Assembly (NCBI GenBank): GCA_965552055.1
Contig: CBEVQO010000003.1
Location: 128,001-192,000, forward strand
Reading direction: 5' to 3'
DNA length: 64,000 nucleotides
Origin: an uncultured bacterium
GTDB taxonomy: Bacteria; Hydrothermota; UBA3073; NMUJ01; CBEVQO01
Each line of letters starts with the position of its first letter. Positions within the stretch are counted from its first letter, which is position 1. The translations under genes and the position numbers were made by a program. Shown in pieces: positions 29,058 to 43,223 of this stretch. A model generated the notes under the pieces. It was not told the DNA's origin, made no database searches, and worked only from the letters and a program-made list of their open reading frames with translations.

Positions 29058-30074
29058 TTAACAAGATTTTATAAAGCCACCGCCTATTACAATGTCATCT
29101 TCGTAAAAGGTAGCAAGCTGACCAGGTGTAGGTGCGAATTGTGGCTCTTCAAAGATTACTTTTGCTTCTTTTCCTTTGACATACACAAGCGCTTTTGCAG
29201 GCGTATGCTGATATCTTATTCTGACTCTATATTCCCCGGAAGATGCTCCGCGCCACACTATTAAATCAACATTCATCTCCCTTTTATAAACATCGCGTTC
29301 CTCACCTACTACAACTACATTTTCTTTGGGTCTTATTTCAATCACATAAAGTGGCTTGCCATAAGGTATTCTTAAACCTTTCCTTTGTCCTATTGTGTAG
29401 CGAAAATATCCTTCGTGCTCTCCCAATTCTTTACCATTTTTAAAAATTATTTTTCCTCTTTTTGCTTTTGCACCATATTCTTTTATTAAAAAATCGGAGT
29501 ATGCTCTTCCTTTCCCTCCCAAGAAACATACACTTTGGCTCTCATGCTTCGAAAGAACAGGTAAATTTTCTTTCTCCGCAATCTTTTTTACTTCTTCCTT
29601 TGTATATTCCCCCAATGGAAAAATCGTATATTTTAAAATTTCTTCGGGTAAGATGGACAAAAAATATTCCTGTGATTTCCACCTGTCTTTTGCCACTTTT
29701 AAAAAGGGTTTACCATCTTTTTTTACGACCCTTACATAATGACCTGTGGCGATATAATCTGCATTTATTTCTTTTTTCTTTTCCATTAAAAATTTGAATT
29801 TTATTTTAAGATTACATACAGCACAGGGATTGGGAGTCCTGCCTCGCAAATATTCTTCTGCGAAGTAATCGATAACTTCTCTTTTAAAGATTTGTTGTAA
29901 ATCCAAAACTTCGAGCGGTATGCCGATAATTTCGCAAACTTTATGAGCATCAGAAATATCATGCCCTTCAAATAATTTAAAAGAAATTCCAAAAACATCA
30001 AATCCCCTTCTTTTTAACAAGAAAGCTGCAACAGATGAATCCACTCCTCCACTTAAAGCAACGACAACTTTCAT
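29058..30074 (-). CDS. mnmA: tRNA 2-thiouridine(34) synthase
   Basis: SGGVDS, TPNPCAVCN, ATGHY, TIGQRKG, TPGQ. Confidence 0.95.
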   Translation of the reverse strand: MKVVVALSGGVDSSVAAFLLKRRGFDVFGISFKLFEGHDISDAHKVCEIIGIPLEVLDLQQIFKREVIDYFAEEYLRGRTPNPCAVCNLKIKFKFLMEKKKEINADYIATGHYVRVVKKDGKPFLKVAKDRWKSQEYFLSILPEEILKYTIFPLGEYTKEEVKKIAEKENLPVLSKHESQSVCFLGGKGRAYSDFLIKEYGAKAKRGKIIFKNGKELGEHEGYFRYTIGQRKGLRIPYGKPLYVIEIRPKENVVVVGEERDVYKREMNVDLIVWRGASSGEYRVRIRYQHTPAKALVYVKGKEAKVIFEEPQFAPTPGQLATFYEDDIVIGGGFIKSC

Positions 30075-30091
30075 ATAATATTAAATTTGTC

Positions 30092-30709
30092 CTATTGTGA
30101 AATAATTTCTTTTATCTTCTCTTTATCTTCTGAATATGTTACTTTTGATAGCAATTTAAAGCCATTCTCTTTATCGACAGCTTTTGGAAACATTATTCTT
30201 ACCACTTCTACTTTATCTTCATCCATTGAGAATTCGTCCATAATTCTTGCGATTTGCTCGCAGGTGAAATAATTATTTTTAGCTGCAACTTTCAAGATAC
30301 TAAGTTTATCCTCATCAAATGTTTCTTCTCTTAGCTGTTCTATAAGTGCGTTGAATGCGCTTTCGGACATCGGCTTTGGACCTTCTTCTTTTTCCACCAC
30401 TTCGATTTTTCCTGCTGGCATTGAATAAAGCAACAGTATCAAGTCTTCAAGTTCATCGAGAATCGATAAAACTTCTCTTCTATCCCTGCTCGAATAGAGT
30501 TTTTGCGTGTATATTTTCCTTAATATCCTTATATCTTCTTTTGCCCTGAAATACGCTGCCTGAGGAGTAGAAAGGTCCAATCTTGCTCTCTCTTCTCTTT
30601 CCTCTTCTGTTCTCACTCTTATCTTTACCACGCCTCCAGGTGTCGATATCTCGATCTCACCTGCCTCCAGTGTTATTGCCACCAAAATTAAAGGTACAAG
30701 ATACCTCAT
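30092..30709 (-). CDS. Exported DUF4476-domain protein
   Basis: Signal peptide; C-terminal PMSESAFN...FDEDKL...FTCEQI...VDKEN. Confidence 0.7.
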   Translation of the reverse strand: MRYLVPLILVAITLEAGEIEISTPGGVVKIRVRTEEEREERARLDLSTPQAAYFRAKEDIRILRKIYTQKLYSSRDRREVLSILDELEDLILLLYSMPAGKIEVVEKEEGPKPMSESAFNALIEQLREETFDEDKLSILKVAAKNNYFTCEQIARIMDEFSMDEDKVEVVRIMFPKAVDKENGFKLLSKVTYSEDKEKIKEIISQ

Positions 30710-30719
30710 AACCCCTCCT

Positions 30720-31469
30720 TTATGGGCTTATACGCCTTCCCATAGCATTTTTCCTTCCGGGTGAATTGTCAAATACTTCAATTACATAGTAAATAACAGC
30801 TGTAAACTTTTTATCAAAAGGTCCATGGAAATAATCATGAACTAAATTTGCATATTCTACAACTTTTTTCTCATAATCAGATAGTTTAGGGTCATCTGGA
30901 CACAATAAATGTGCAATTGCTTTTATTTCAAAAGAAGGAATATCAAGAAAAACAATGGATACCGCAGGATTTATCATCTGGTTTATAAAAGTATGTGTCT
31001 CAAAATCAGGACTTGCGTACAGTTCAAGTGATATTTGCTTTGTCTTATCAAAAATTTCATCAGCTTTTTTATATAAATTTTCAAGTATTTCGAGTTTCTC
31101 TTTCATCGGCTTATTTATTGTATCTTTTAGAAGATTTATAATTTCATCTAATTTTTCTCGTCTTGGTAAAAATCCCATTCCTTTCACTGCGTTATTTATT
31201 CTAAATCTTGTATCATCTCTTTTATCGCCATAAGATGCGACCATTGCATTGTGAGGACCTGCCAGCCCTGGTGGTTTTCCTTCTTTCAAATTTTTTATCA
31301 TCTCAAGGCGCCTCTCAACATTCCATCTCATAAATTTATCGGGCAATTCTATAAGTTTGAATTCCTGCCATTCATCTTCTACTTTTGCACGAACTATATT
31401 TTCCTTTAAAACTTTACTTGCATCTACTGTCTCTTGGCGAAAGAACTTTCCTTTCCAGAATTTATTCAT
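30720..31469 (-). CDS. Hypothetical protein
   Basis: 249-aa ORF with its own promoter. Confidence 0.7.
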   Translation of the reverse strand: MNKFWKGKFFRQETVDASKVLKENIVRAKVEDEWQEFKLIELPDKFMRWNVERRLEMIKNLKEGKPPGLAGPHNAMVASYGDKRDDTRFRINNAVKGMGFLPRREKLDEIINLLKDTINKPMKEKLEILENLYKKADEIFDKTKQISLELYASPDFETHTFINQMINPAVSIVFLDIPSFEIKAIAHLLCPDDPKLSDYEKKVVEYANLVHDYFHGPFDKKFTAVIYYVIEVFDNSPGRKNAMGRRISP

Positions 31470-31474
31470 TACTT

Positions 31475-31501
31475 ATTTTATTCGGTTTACTCCATTGTCA
31501 A
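31475..31501 (-). promoter_or_regulatory. sigma70-type promoter, 15-bp spacer, leaderless
   Basis: TTGACA-N15-TAAAAT-N5-ATG(31469). Confidence 0.7.
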
Positions 31502-31566
31502 CAATTTTATTTCTGCTTGACAAATCTCGATTTTTCTTATAAATAAAGTAAGAAAAGGAGGGAGGG

Positions 31567-31917
31567 ATGGCAAAATGTCTGATAGTAGATGATTCAGGGA
31601 TGATGAGGAAAATGTATGCGAAGGCACTAAAAGATGCGGGCTTTGACTATGAAATTATCGAAGCCGAAAATGGTAAAGACGGACTTAGCAAACTGAAATC
31701 CGAAAAAGTTGACCTCATTTTAGTTGATGCTGTTATGCCTGAAATGGGAGGAGTTGAGTTCTCAAAAGCAGTAAAATCTGACCCGAACTTAAAAGGAATC
31801 CCGATGATAATGATAACTGGCAAAAAAGAAGAAGCAGAAGGAAGTGCAGCAGATGCTGTATTGCTTAAACCTTTCAAACCCGAAGATTTAAAAGCAACAA
31901 TAGAAAAAATTAAATGA
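31567..31917 (+). CDS. Single-domain CheY-like response regulator
   Basis: [20 protein letters not shown]; strong SD AGGAGGG. Confidence 0.92.
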   Translation: MAKCLIVDDSGMMRKMYAKALKDAGFDYEIIEAENGKDGLSKLKSEKVDLILVDAVMPEMGGVEFSKAVKSDPNLKGIPMIMITGKKEEAEGSAADAVLLKPFKPEDLKATIEKIK

Positions 31918-33206
31918 AAGTTATACAAATATGTGATGCAAAAGATTTTGTAGGTGAAGAAGTAGAGATAAGAGGCTGGCTTTACAATCGCAGGTCAAGT
32001 GGTGGAGTAAAGTTTCTCATTATAAGAGATGGAACAGGATTTATGCAAGCAGTAGCAACAGCCGATAATTTCCCTGAAGATAAATTTGAAGCGATAGAAA
32101 AAATCGGTCAGGAATCTTCCATAATCGTACAGGGTATTGTGAGGGAAGAAAAGAGAGCTCCCGGTGGATATGAACTTACTTTAAAAGACTATAAAGTTTT
32201 GCAAAATGCACAGGGTTATCCGATTGCAAAAAAATCTCACGGGATTGACTTCCTTTTATCGCACAGGCATTTATGGTTGAGGTCACGGCGTCCTTTTGCT
32301 GTATTACGCATTCGCCACGAAATAATAAGAGCAATCAAAGACTTCTTCGACAGCAGAGGATTTATTCAGATTGATCCGCCTATCTTAACACCATCAGCAT
32401 GTGAAGGAACTACTACTCTTTTTGAAGTGCCTTATTTTGATAGGAAAGCGTATTTATCGCAATCAGGTCAGCTATATGCGGAAGCAGCAGCTATGGCTTT
32501 TGGAAAAGTTTATTGTTTTGCGCCTTCTTTCCGTGCAGAAAAATCAAAAACAAAAAGACATTTAACAGAATTCTGGCACATAGAACCAGAAGTTGCTTAT
32601 GCCACGCTCGATGATATTATGAAACTCGCGGAAGATTTGATAACTTATATTGTAGAAAGAGTGCTCGAAAACAGAAAAGAAGAATTGAAAATTTTAGAAA
32701 GAGACACAAAACCCCTTGAAAATGTAAAACCACCTTTTCCAAAGATAACATATGAAGAAGCTCTCAAAATGTTAAAGGAAGCAGGTTTAGAACTTGAATG
32801 GGGGAAAGATTTTGGAGCGCCTCACGAGACTTATATTTCGAACAAGTTTGACAAACCTGTAATGGTTCATCGTTATCCTGCTATTTGTAAAGCATTTTAT
32901 ATGAAGCGTGACCCAAAAGATGAAAAGCTGGCACTTTGCGTTGATGTACTTGCTCCAGAAGGCTATGGCGAGATAATTGGCGGAAGTGAAAGAGAAACAG
33001 ATTATGAAACACTTTTAAAGAGATTAAAAGAATTTAATTTACCACGGGAGCCTTATGAATGGTATTTAGATTTGCGACGATATGGGAGCTGTCCGCATGC
33101 AGGATTTGGACTCGGTCTTGAGCGCACAGTAGCATGGATTTGTAAGCTCGACCATGTAAGGGAGGCAATACCTTTCCCTCGACTTATAGATAGGATTTAT
33201 CCTTAA
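31914..33206 (+). CDS. asnS: Asparagine--tRNA ligase
   Basis: [39 protein letters not shown]. Confidence 0.95.
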   Translation: MKVIQICDAKDFVGEEVEIRGWLYNRRSSGGVKFLIIRDGTGFMQAVATADNFPEDKFEAIEKIGQESSIIVQGIVREEKRAPGGYELTLKDYKVLQNAQGYPIAKKSHGIDFLLSHRHLWLRSRRPFAVLRIRHEIIRAIKDFFDSRGFIQIDPPILTPSACEGTTTLFEVPYFDRKAYLSQSGQLYAEAAAMAFGKVYCFAPSFRAEKSKTKRHLTEFWHIEPEVAYATLDDIMKLAEDLITYIVERVLENRKEELKILERDTKPLENVKPPFPKITYEEALKMLKEAGLELEWGKDFGAPHETYISNKFDKPVMVHRYPAICKAFYMKRDPKDEKLALCVDVLAPEGYGEIIGGSERETDYETLLKRLKEFNLPREPYEWYLDLRRYGSCPHAGFGLGLERTVAWICKLDHVREAIPFPRLIDRIYP

Positions 33207-33697
33207 ATTTGGGGCTCTCCGAGGTCTATTTCGCCGAAAAATTCGGGTTCCAAATGCTGTAATTTGTTTTTCAATTCTGATTCATCGGAAAATTCAAAAG
33301 TCACTCCTTTTTTCATAACTTCTTCTTTTATATAGATTGGGGCATTTGTTCTCAGGGCAAGTGCTATACTGTCACTCGGACGGGCATCTACTTCAAGAAT
33401 ATGGTCATCCTTTTGCAGGTAAATTCTGGCATAATAAGTGTTATTCTTCAATTCATTTATTTCCACTCGCAATACTCTTGTATCCAGTCCATCCAGAATC
33501 AATTTCATAAGGTCATGGGTTATTGGGCGCTGTAATTTCACTCCTTCGAGTTCCAAAGCAATAGATACCGCCTCAAAAGGTCCAATCCATATTGGTAATA
33601 CTCTATTACCTTCTTTTTCTCTGAGGAAAACTATAGGAGCACCTCTATCCCTATCAAGGGCAACTGCAGAAACCTCGACCCTTATTAAATCTTCCAT
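33203..33697 (-). CDS. Bifunctional nuclease family (DUF151)
   Basis: [26 protein letters not shown]. Confidence 0.92.
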   Translation of the reverse strand: MEDLIRVEVSAVALDRDRGAPIVFLREKEGNRVLPIWIGPFEAVSIALELEGVKLQRPITHDLMKLILDGLDTRVLRVEINELKNNTYYARIYLQKDDHILEVDARPSDSIALALRTNAPIYIKEEVMKKGVTFEFSDESELKNKLQHLEPEFFGEIDLGEPQI

Positions 33698-34146
33698 TAA
33701 CCCTCCTCACTAACGACCCAGATTTTTAAATTTGCAATAACCTTCGGATGTAACTTTACTTTTATCGTGTAAACACCAACTTCTTTTATGGGTTCTTCAA
33801 TCAATATATTGTGTTTATCAATTTTAAAACCTTTTTCCTGTAATAATTCTTCTATTTGTTTTGTTGACACAGAGCCGAACAATTTCCCATCTTCCGATGC
33901 TTTAACTTTAACCGTTAAAGAAACTTTCTCAAGCTGTTTTTTCATCTTCAATGCATCTCTTTCTTTTTTCATTTCTTTCATCTTCTTTATTTTTTCTTCT
34001 TCCTGGAAAATTCGGATATAGCTATCTGTTGCGGGATATGCCAAGCCTTTTGGTATTAAATAATTTCTTGCGTATCCTCCTTTTACTTCTATTATTTCGC
34101 CTCGCTTACCGAGTCTTTCTACATCTTTCCTCAGTATTATCTTCAT
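33697..34146 (-). CDS. rplI: 50S ribosomal protein L9
   Basis: [19 protein letters not shown]. Confidence 0.97.
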   Translation of the reverse strand: MKIILRKDVERLGKRGEIIEVKGGYARNYLIPKGLAYPATDSYIRIFQEEEKIKKMKEMKKERDALKMKKQLEKVSLTVKVKASEDGKLFGSVSTKQIEELLQEKGFKIDKHNILIEEPIKEVGVYTIKVKLHPKVIANLKIWVVSEEG

Positions 34147-34358
34147 TTTATGATGAATGGTAGCAGAGCCATTATCCTTGCTCTTTTTATTGCGCGAGCA
34201 AGTTGACGCTGATGTTTAGCACAGGTACCTGTCTGACGCGAAGGAAGAATCTTACCGGAAACAGGACTTATGAACTTCTTCAGGGTCTCTACATCTTTCC
34301 AGTCTACTACTTCTATATTATTTCTACAAAAATAACATGTTGCTTTTTTCTTACCCAT
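34143..34358 (-). CDS. rpsR: 30S ribosomal protein S18
   Basis: CYFC, GKILP, CAKHQR, AIKRAR. Confidence 0.97.
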   Translation of the reverse strand: MGKKKATCYFCRNNIEVVDWKDVETLKKFISPVSGKILPSRQTGTCAKHQRQLARAIKRARIMALLPFIIK

Positions 34359-34359
34359 T

Positions 34360-34755
34360 TTAGAATGGCAAATCTTCTTCTCCTTCTAAAATTTGTTCCT
34401 CTTCCTTTGGAGTACGCTTTAAAACCTGTACCCTTCTTGCCACTATCTCTATTTTTGATTTCTTTTGACCATCTTTATCTTCCCATTCTCTCTGTCTCAA
34501 TCTGCCTTCAATATACACAGGGAAACCCTTTTTTAACTTCTCATGAATTCTTTCTGCCTGTTCACCGAAGAGCACTGCATCGAGAAATATCGTCTCCTCT
34601 TTCCAATCGTTGCTGTCTTTTGGCTTATAACGCCTTGTTGACGCTATCCTGAAATTAACAACAGGTCTGCCACTCGGAGTATATTTTATATCAGCATCGT
34701 TTACAAGATTACCCGTAATTTGAATGGAGTTTATACTCGGCACCCTGTATTCCAT
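34360..34755 (-). CDS. ssb: Single-stranded DNA-binding protein
   Basis: GNL...YTPSG, EGRL, C-terminal DLPF. Confidence 0.96.
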   Translation of the reverse strand: MEYRVPSINSIQITGNLVNDADIKYTPSGRPVVNFRIASTRRYKPKDSNDWKEETIFLDAVLFGEQAERIHEKLKKGFPVYIEGRLRQREWEDKDGQKKSKIEIVARRVQVLKRTPKEEEQILEGEEDLPF

Positions 34756-35049
34756 TTAAGCCTCCTTTTTTATGCAATTAAACCTTAAAATGTAATCTTT
34801 GGATTTCAATGCCTTTTGCAACATGTTTACCCCTTTGGGTGTGCATTTGTGAGTAAATAAAACATAAAAACCTCTATCCTTTTTCTTTATAGGATAGGCA
34901 AATGTGCGCATGCCCCATTTTTCGACTGTAATATCCTGACCACCGCATTGCTTTATTACCGAAGTTATATCTTCTATTTTCTTATCAATCTCGTCTTCCG
35001 GTATTTCCGGTGTTATTATCACCAAATTTTCGTATTCCCTCACTTCCAT
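34756..35049 (-). CDS. rpsF: 30S ribosomal protein S6
   Basis: REYE, WGMRTFAYPIKK; rpsF-ssb-rpsR-rplI synteny. Confidence 0.95.
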   Translation of the reverse strand: MEVREYENLVIITPEIPEDEIDKKIEDITSVIKQCGGQDITVEKWGMRTFAYPIKKKDRGFYVLFTHKCTPKGVNMLQKALKSKDYILRFNCIKKEA

Positions 35050-35056
35050 ATCTCCA

Positions 35057-35079
35057 ATAATAATCAAAATTTTAATTTG

Positions 35080-35083
<4 letters not shown>
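35057..35083 (-). promoter_or_regulatory. rpsF operon promoter, 15-bp spacer
   Basis: TTGACA-N15-TATTAT-N7-ATG(35049). Confidence 0.65.
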
Positions 35084-37955
<2,872 letters not shown>

Positions 37956-37956
<1 letters not shown>

Positions 37957-39113
37957 TACCAGATGAATTTTGGATAAACTAACTCGTAATCTCCGAATCC
38001 GAATTTATCTACAAAGATAAAAACAGCGCTTTTTGTAAGTGTTCTGACCCCTTCTCTGTAAAATACGAATCTATTTTTCAATGTGTAATATCTCCATATC
38101 TCATAAGGTTTGCTCGTCATTTCAGAAGGATGGGTTTCAATCTCATCTGGCTCACCAAATTTTATATAAACCATACCTCTATCTGTTCGCCAGCCATCAA
38201 TGCCTGCTCTAAAATGCCTGTTCGCATAATCTACACGCCTGAAATACTCTTCCTCGCATTCATTTCTTTCGGTGCCAGGAGTGGGGTCTAATTTTCTCCA
38301 GAACTCTTTCCATAACTTTTCTCTTTCCTCAGGAGATGCTTTCAAAATCTTTTTTATCGTTGATTTAAATGCAACATATTCAAGCTGTAAAATCCTTTCT
38401 TCATCCAACCAGTATGGATAATTAACAACAACGGAATCTTTGATTTTTATTTTGCCTATGTAAAAAATAATGTGATTAACGCCGGGCTGAAATTTGTCAG
38501 GAGTAAATGAAATTTCTACAGGGTTTAAAAATTTTGTAATATCGACAAATACAGAATCTTTTGTCTTTTTTCTTTTCGATTTAATTTTATATTTTATCTT
38601 TAATTTTCCTTTATTTCTTGAATATATTACGAAATTCACTTTTATGGTGTCTTTGTAAGAAAAGCAATGCCCTGGTGATACCATGTTGTTTGCCTTAAAA
38701 ACCAGGGTAGATACTGCTATTTCTTTTTTAAGTTTTTTGATTTTTATTTTCCTTTTTGCTAAAAATTTTCTATCCGAATTTTTATCTTTTATTATTAATC
38801 GCACAGAATATTTACCTGGTTGCAGGAATTTTCTAATAGAAGTTGTGAATTTTTCTTCTGATAGTGTTTTTTCGTATTCATTTACGATAATTGAACATTC
38901 TTTTGCGATTTCATACTCTTCTTTTTTTCTGCGGATGATACATAGTATTTCGAAGCGTGATTTATAAAGTGTATCTTCTTTTAAAAATATAAGCTGATTG
39001 TATGGAATCTGTATATAAATTTCGCAGTAAGGATTGCCTGTGGAATCATAAAACACACCATGTGATACATCTGCAAAAAGTTTAATCTGTGTTATCAAAA
39101 GGAGAGCTAACAT
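37956..39113 (-). CDS. GWxTD domain protein
   Basis: FW...DPTP.T..NE..EEYFRRV.YAN..F...GWRTDRG. Confidence 0.9.
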
Positions 39114-41365
39114 TTTTCAATTATTTCAAGTGCACTCAAAGCGTCCTTCCCGTAATATACCTCTAATTTCGCTGCTATACCCTCGTCAACAGGCGCACCT
39201 CCAATTATTATTTTTACATGGGGAAGATTTTCTTTCAGAAATTTAACCGTCTCTTCCAATTCGGGTAATGTTGATGTCATCAATGCAGACAGAGCAATAA
39301 AATCAGGATGCTCTGAAAGAGCTTTCTCAAGAATCTTCTCCTTTGGAACATCAACACCAAGGTCAATCACATCATAACCTGCTCCTCTTAGCACTGTCTT
39401 CACAATATTTTTACCAATATCATGAATGTCGCCCTTTACCGTTGCCATTAAAACTTTCTTTTTCTGAACCTGTGGTAAATATGGCTCAAGAATTTTCTGT
39501 AATTCAGTAGCTATTTCCGATGCCCTTATTATTTGCGGTAAATATCCTTTTTCTTTCAGTTCTTCAAAGGCGCCCACTATCTCCTCCTTTATAATTTTAA
39601 TCGGGGATACGCCTTTGTAAAGCTCATTTTGCAAAAATTTTTTACTACCTTCTAAATCGCCCAGAATTATGAAATCACGCAACCTGTTTATTTCACCAGC
39701 TCCTTTATGTTCGAAAGATAAAAAATCAGATTTGCCTTTGATATATTCTGTTGCTTTCAAAATTTTAAAAACTTCATCTTCGAGCGGGTCAATGAGTAAA
39801 GCATCAACATCCCAGAATGCTGAAAGTGCTGTCAAAGATGCGTTGAAAAAGCGACGCTCAGGCAAACCATAAGAAACATTTCTAATACCTAAACAACATG
39901 CCAGTCCAAATTCTTTCTTTATAATTTTAACTGTATCCAACAAAATTTCTACATAATCACGATTTGTAGCACAACTCAAAACAATAGGGTCAACTATAAT
40001 ATTTTCCTTCGGAATATCAAATTTTTCCATCTTTCTTAAACCTTTTAACAAAACTCTTATTTTTTCTTCTCTCGAATAAGGCACTCCTTTTTCGGATAAT
40101 AACAAGAAAATAAAAGCCAGATTATATTGCTTTACAAGTGGCAATAATTCTTCCATTTCTTTTTCCTTACAGGGGATAGAATTTATCAAAATTTTGCCGG
40201 GTAACCTTTGTATTGCAATCTCAAAAACCTCTTTGTAAACGCTATCAGGGATTAAAGGTAATTCTGTAATATTCTGTAATTCTTCGAAAGTTTTTTCTAC
40301 AAATGTAAAATTGGGTGAGGGGACATCAAGGCAAACATCGATTGCATCACATTTTGCTTCTTCTTTTTTAAGTTCTTCTTTCAAAATTCTTATATCTTTT
40401 CCTTCAATTGCTTTCTTTATTTTTTTCCTGCTTGCATTTAATCTATCTCCTATTATCACTGTTTTTTCACTCAAATATACTACTTTGTATCTTGATGTAA
40501 ACTTTACTTTCTTTTCCACTTTGTTTTCCACTGGTTTTTTACTTTCAATTGCTTTTTTGATTTCTCTGGTATGTTGAGGGGTTGACCAGCAACATGTTCC
40601 TATCATTCTCACACCATATTTTACAACCTCTTCTGCAAATTTTCCAAAATATGCTGGTGAAAAATCCTCACCCTTTACCCCTGCATTTGGCTCACAAATT
40701 AAAGGTTTATCCGTTATTTCACTTAATCTTTTTATCAATTTCAATGTCAAATCCGGCAATGTGCAATTTATCCCGAGCAAATCGCATAAATTCTCAACTG
40801 TAGCACAAAATACCTCAACATCGCTACCTGTAACCGTCCTATCATTGTGAAAACTCATCTGCACAGCTAGAGGAAGGTCGGAAATCTCTCTTACACCAAT
40901 TATTGCAGCCTTTAACTCATGAATATCCATAAAAGTTTCCAAAACAAAAATATCACAATATTCTTTCAAAATCTTTGCCTGCTCTTTGAAATAGTTAACA
41001 GCCTCTTTAAAACTTATTTTTCCAATAGGTTCAACGAATTCAGAAAGAGGACCGATACATCCGCCCACATATTTATCTTGTGCAGCTTCTCGTGCAATTA
41101 AAGAAGCTTTTTCGTTTATCTCAAAAAATTTATCCTCTTTTCCTATTTTTTTCAGTTTTAATCTATTTGCCGAAAAAGTATTTGTCAAAATAACATCGGC
41201 TCCTGCTTTTATATACTCCTCATGAACTCTTTTTATTTTTTCGGGCTGGTAAATATTCAATAGAAATGGTGGAATATCTGATTTTATACCTTCTTTTATG
41301 AGATAAGTTCCTATTGCTCCGTCAATTACAATTATCCTGTTTTTTATTTCTTCTCTAATTCCCAT
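39107..41365 (-). CDS. metH: Cobalamin-dependent methionine synthase-like protein lacking the AdoMet reactivation domain
   Basis: Hcy domain DGAIGT/TNTF/GINC/GTCC; pterin domain IIGDRLN/INSI; B12 motif GDIHDIGKN, SALMT, GGA. Confidence 0.8.
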   Translation of the reverse strand: MGIREEIKNRIIVIDGAIGTYLIKEGIKSDIPPFLLNIYQPEKIKRVHEEYIKAGADVILTNTFSANRLKLKKIGKEDKFFEINEKASLIAREAAQDKYVGGCIGPLSEFVEPIGKISFKEAVNYFKEQAKILKEYCDIFVLETFMDIHELKAAIIGVREISDLPLAVQMSFHNDRTVTGSDVEVFCATVENLCDLLGINCTLPDLTLKLIKRLSEITDKPLICEPNAGVKGEDFSPAYFGKFAEEVVKYGVRMIGTCCWSTPQHTREIKKAIESKKPVENKVEKKVKFTSRYKVVYLSEKTVIIGDRLNASRKKIKKAIEGKDIRILKEELKKEEAKCDAIDVCLDVPSPNFTFVEKTFEELQNITELPLIPDSVYKEVFEIAIQRLPGKILINSIPCKEKEMEELLPLVKQYNLAFIFLLLSEKGVPYSREEKIRVLLKGLRKMEKFDIPKENIIVDPIVLSCATNRDYVEILLDTVKIIKKEFGLACCLGIRNVSYGLPERRFFNASLTALSAFWDVDALLIDPLEDEVFKILKATEYIKGKSDFLSFEHKGAGEINRLRDFIILGDLEGSKKFLQNELYKGVSPIKIIKEEIVGAFEELKEKGYLPQIIRASEIATELQKILEPYLPQVQKKKVLMATVKGDIHDIGKNIVKTVLRGAGYDVIDLGVDVPKEKILEKALSEHPDFIALSALMTSTLPELEETVKFLKENLPHVKIIIGGAPVDEGIAAKLEVYYGKDALSALEIIEKC

Positions 41366-42342
41366 TTTCCTGATGCAAATTTTACAGCTACCGGAATGCT
41401 GATTATTACCGGGAGATATCTATTGAAGAATCTCCATCCGATTACGAATATTCCCATTAATTCTTTATACTCGCATATTCCTTTGAATAAAAAGTAAGCT
41501 GCTGCTTCCGCGAAGCCACTTGCTCCTGGTGTTGGTGCGAACATCAAAAGGAAATAAAGTGATAATTGTGTGCCTATTGCAGTAAAAAATGGCGGATGCA
41601 TCGAAAGTCCTCTAAATAAGAAATACGCAATTAAGCCATGGAAAAAGAAATAAATCATTCCCCATACTATAGAAAGCAAAAGCCATAAAGGACCTTTTCG
41701 CAAGCAAAATTTTAAACCGTAACTGAATTTTTCTACTTCTTCTGAAAATCTTTTTAAAAACTTTACAAATTTTTTCCAGCCTTTTTTCTCTAGCTTCTGG
41801 ACAATTTTATTGGTCATCTTTTTTGAAAATGTGGGTGCGAATATGAAAAGAGCTCCGAATATTACAATAATTGATACAACAATGGCTACATACCGCAGTA
41901 AAGCACTTTTTAAAGCAGTTTCTCCTATCCCTCCGAAACCTATCGCAAATAATATCGCAAATAAACTTACAAAAGCTGTAATGGCTCTCACCGCTACAAC
42001 TGCACCTCCTTCACCAACTTCATATCCTTTTTTGTTCAGTATATAAACCTGAGCAGGTATGCCAAACATACCCGTTGGTAAAAGAGCAAGAAAATAACCT
42101 ATCAGAATAAATTGAAGAGATAATCTTAAACCTATAGGTTTACCAAAAGCTCTACAAACAGCATCTGTTTTAAAGGTATCTGCAATTATTTTACCTATCA
42201 CTACCAGAAAGCACAAACCAATAAATTTGGGTTCAATTTCTTTTAATCTTTCGAAGGTTTCGGGTTTTACCGTTAAAATAAGTATCACAGCAGCGCTTAT
42301 CACACTCACAACTATAAACCATTTTAAAGGATTTTGACGCAT
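41344..42342 (-). CDS. Lysylphosphatidylglycerol synthase TM-like (UPF0104) flippase-domain protein
   Basis: Polytopic; PTPGASG.AE; WRF. Confidence 0.8.
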   Translation of the reverse strand: MRQNPLKWFIVVSVISAAVILILTVKPETFERLKEIEPKFIGLCFLVVIGKIIADTFKTDAVCRAFGKPIGLRLSLQFILIGYFLALLPTGMFGIPAQVYILNKKGYEVGEGGAVVAVRAITAFVSLFAILFAIGFGGIGETALKSALLRYVAIVVSIIVIFGALFIFAPTFSKKMTNKIVQKLEKKGWKKFVKFLKRFSEEVEKFSYGLKFCLRKGPLWLLLSIVWGMIYFFFHGLIAYFLFRGLSMHPPFFTAIGTQLSLYFLLMFAPTPGASGFAEAAAYFLFKGICEYKELMGIFVIGWRFFNRYLPVIISIPVAVKFASGKWELEKK

Positions 42343-43223
42343 AACTCCTCCACTTTCTTTTTATCCTCTTTTAACTGTTCCTTTAAATCCTCAACTTTTT
42401 CAAATTTTTTAATATCACGCAGGAAAGAAAGCAATTCAAATTTTATTTCCTTGCCCAATAAATTTCCCTTAAATCCTATTATATGCAATTCTACACTAAA
42501 TTTCTCAACAGGTATTGTTTTTTTGCCAATATTTATCATACATGGATAAGTTTTGTCGAGCTTTATCTTACCTGCATATACTCCTTCTTTTGGCAGAAAT
42601 TTATCTTTTGGAACATCTATGTTTGCCGTGGGAAAACCTATTTTCCCGCCTATCTTTGCTCCTTCTACAACCCTGCCTCTTATCTCGTAGGGTCTGCCAA
42701 GTAACTTATTGGCAAATGAAATCTCACCTTTCAACAACAATTCTTTTATCAAAGATGTCTTCACAGTAAAACCATCTATCTTTACATTTTCGACAATTTC
42801 AACTTCAAAATTATATTTCATAGATAAATACTGCATCAATTTAAAATCACCCTGTTTATCTTTACCAAAATGATGGTCTTCACCCATTATCATCTTCTTA
42901 AAACCTGTCTTTTCTTTTAAAATCCGTATAAAAGCTTCTGCAGATGTTTTTCTTAATCTTTCATTGAATCTCAGGAAAATGACATTTTTTAATCCCATTT
43001 TTTCAAAGATTTCAAATTTCTCTCTTAAAGGAGTTAGAAGTTTAAAATTCTCGCCTTCTATAAGAGAACGGGGATGTGGATGAAAAGTGCATAGAGCACC
43101 TTTTTCTGCTATTCTGCTTATTATCGCACGATGACCGAGATGAATACCATCAAAAGAACCCACAGATATTTTTTCTATCCTGAAAGGTATAAAAATATCA
43201 TATAAATCACCAAAAGTTAGCAT
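42324..43223 (-). CDS. ribF: Bifunctional riboflavin kinase/FAD synthetase
   Basis: GSFDGIHLGH, TF.PHP, GFPTAN. Confidence 0.93.
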   Translation of the reverse strand: MLTFGDLYDIFIPFRIEKISVGSFDGIHLGHRAIISRIAEKGALCTFHPHPRSLIEGENFKLLTPLREKFEIFEKMGLKNVIFLRFNERLRKTSAEAFIRILKEKTGFKKMIMGEDHHFGKDKQGDFKLMQYLSMKYNFEVEIVENVKIDGFTVKTSLIKELLLKGEISFANKLLGRPYEIRGRVVEGAKIGGKIGFPTANIDVPKDKFLPKEGVYAGKIKLDKTYPCMINIGKKTIPVEKFSVELHIIGFKGNLLGKEIKFELLSFLRDIKKFEKVEDLKEQLKEDKKKVEELCVKIL

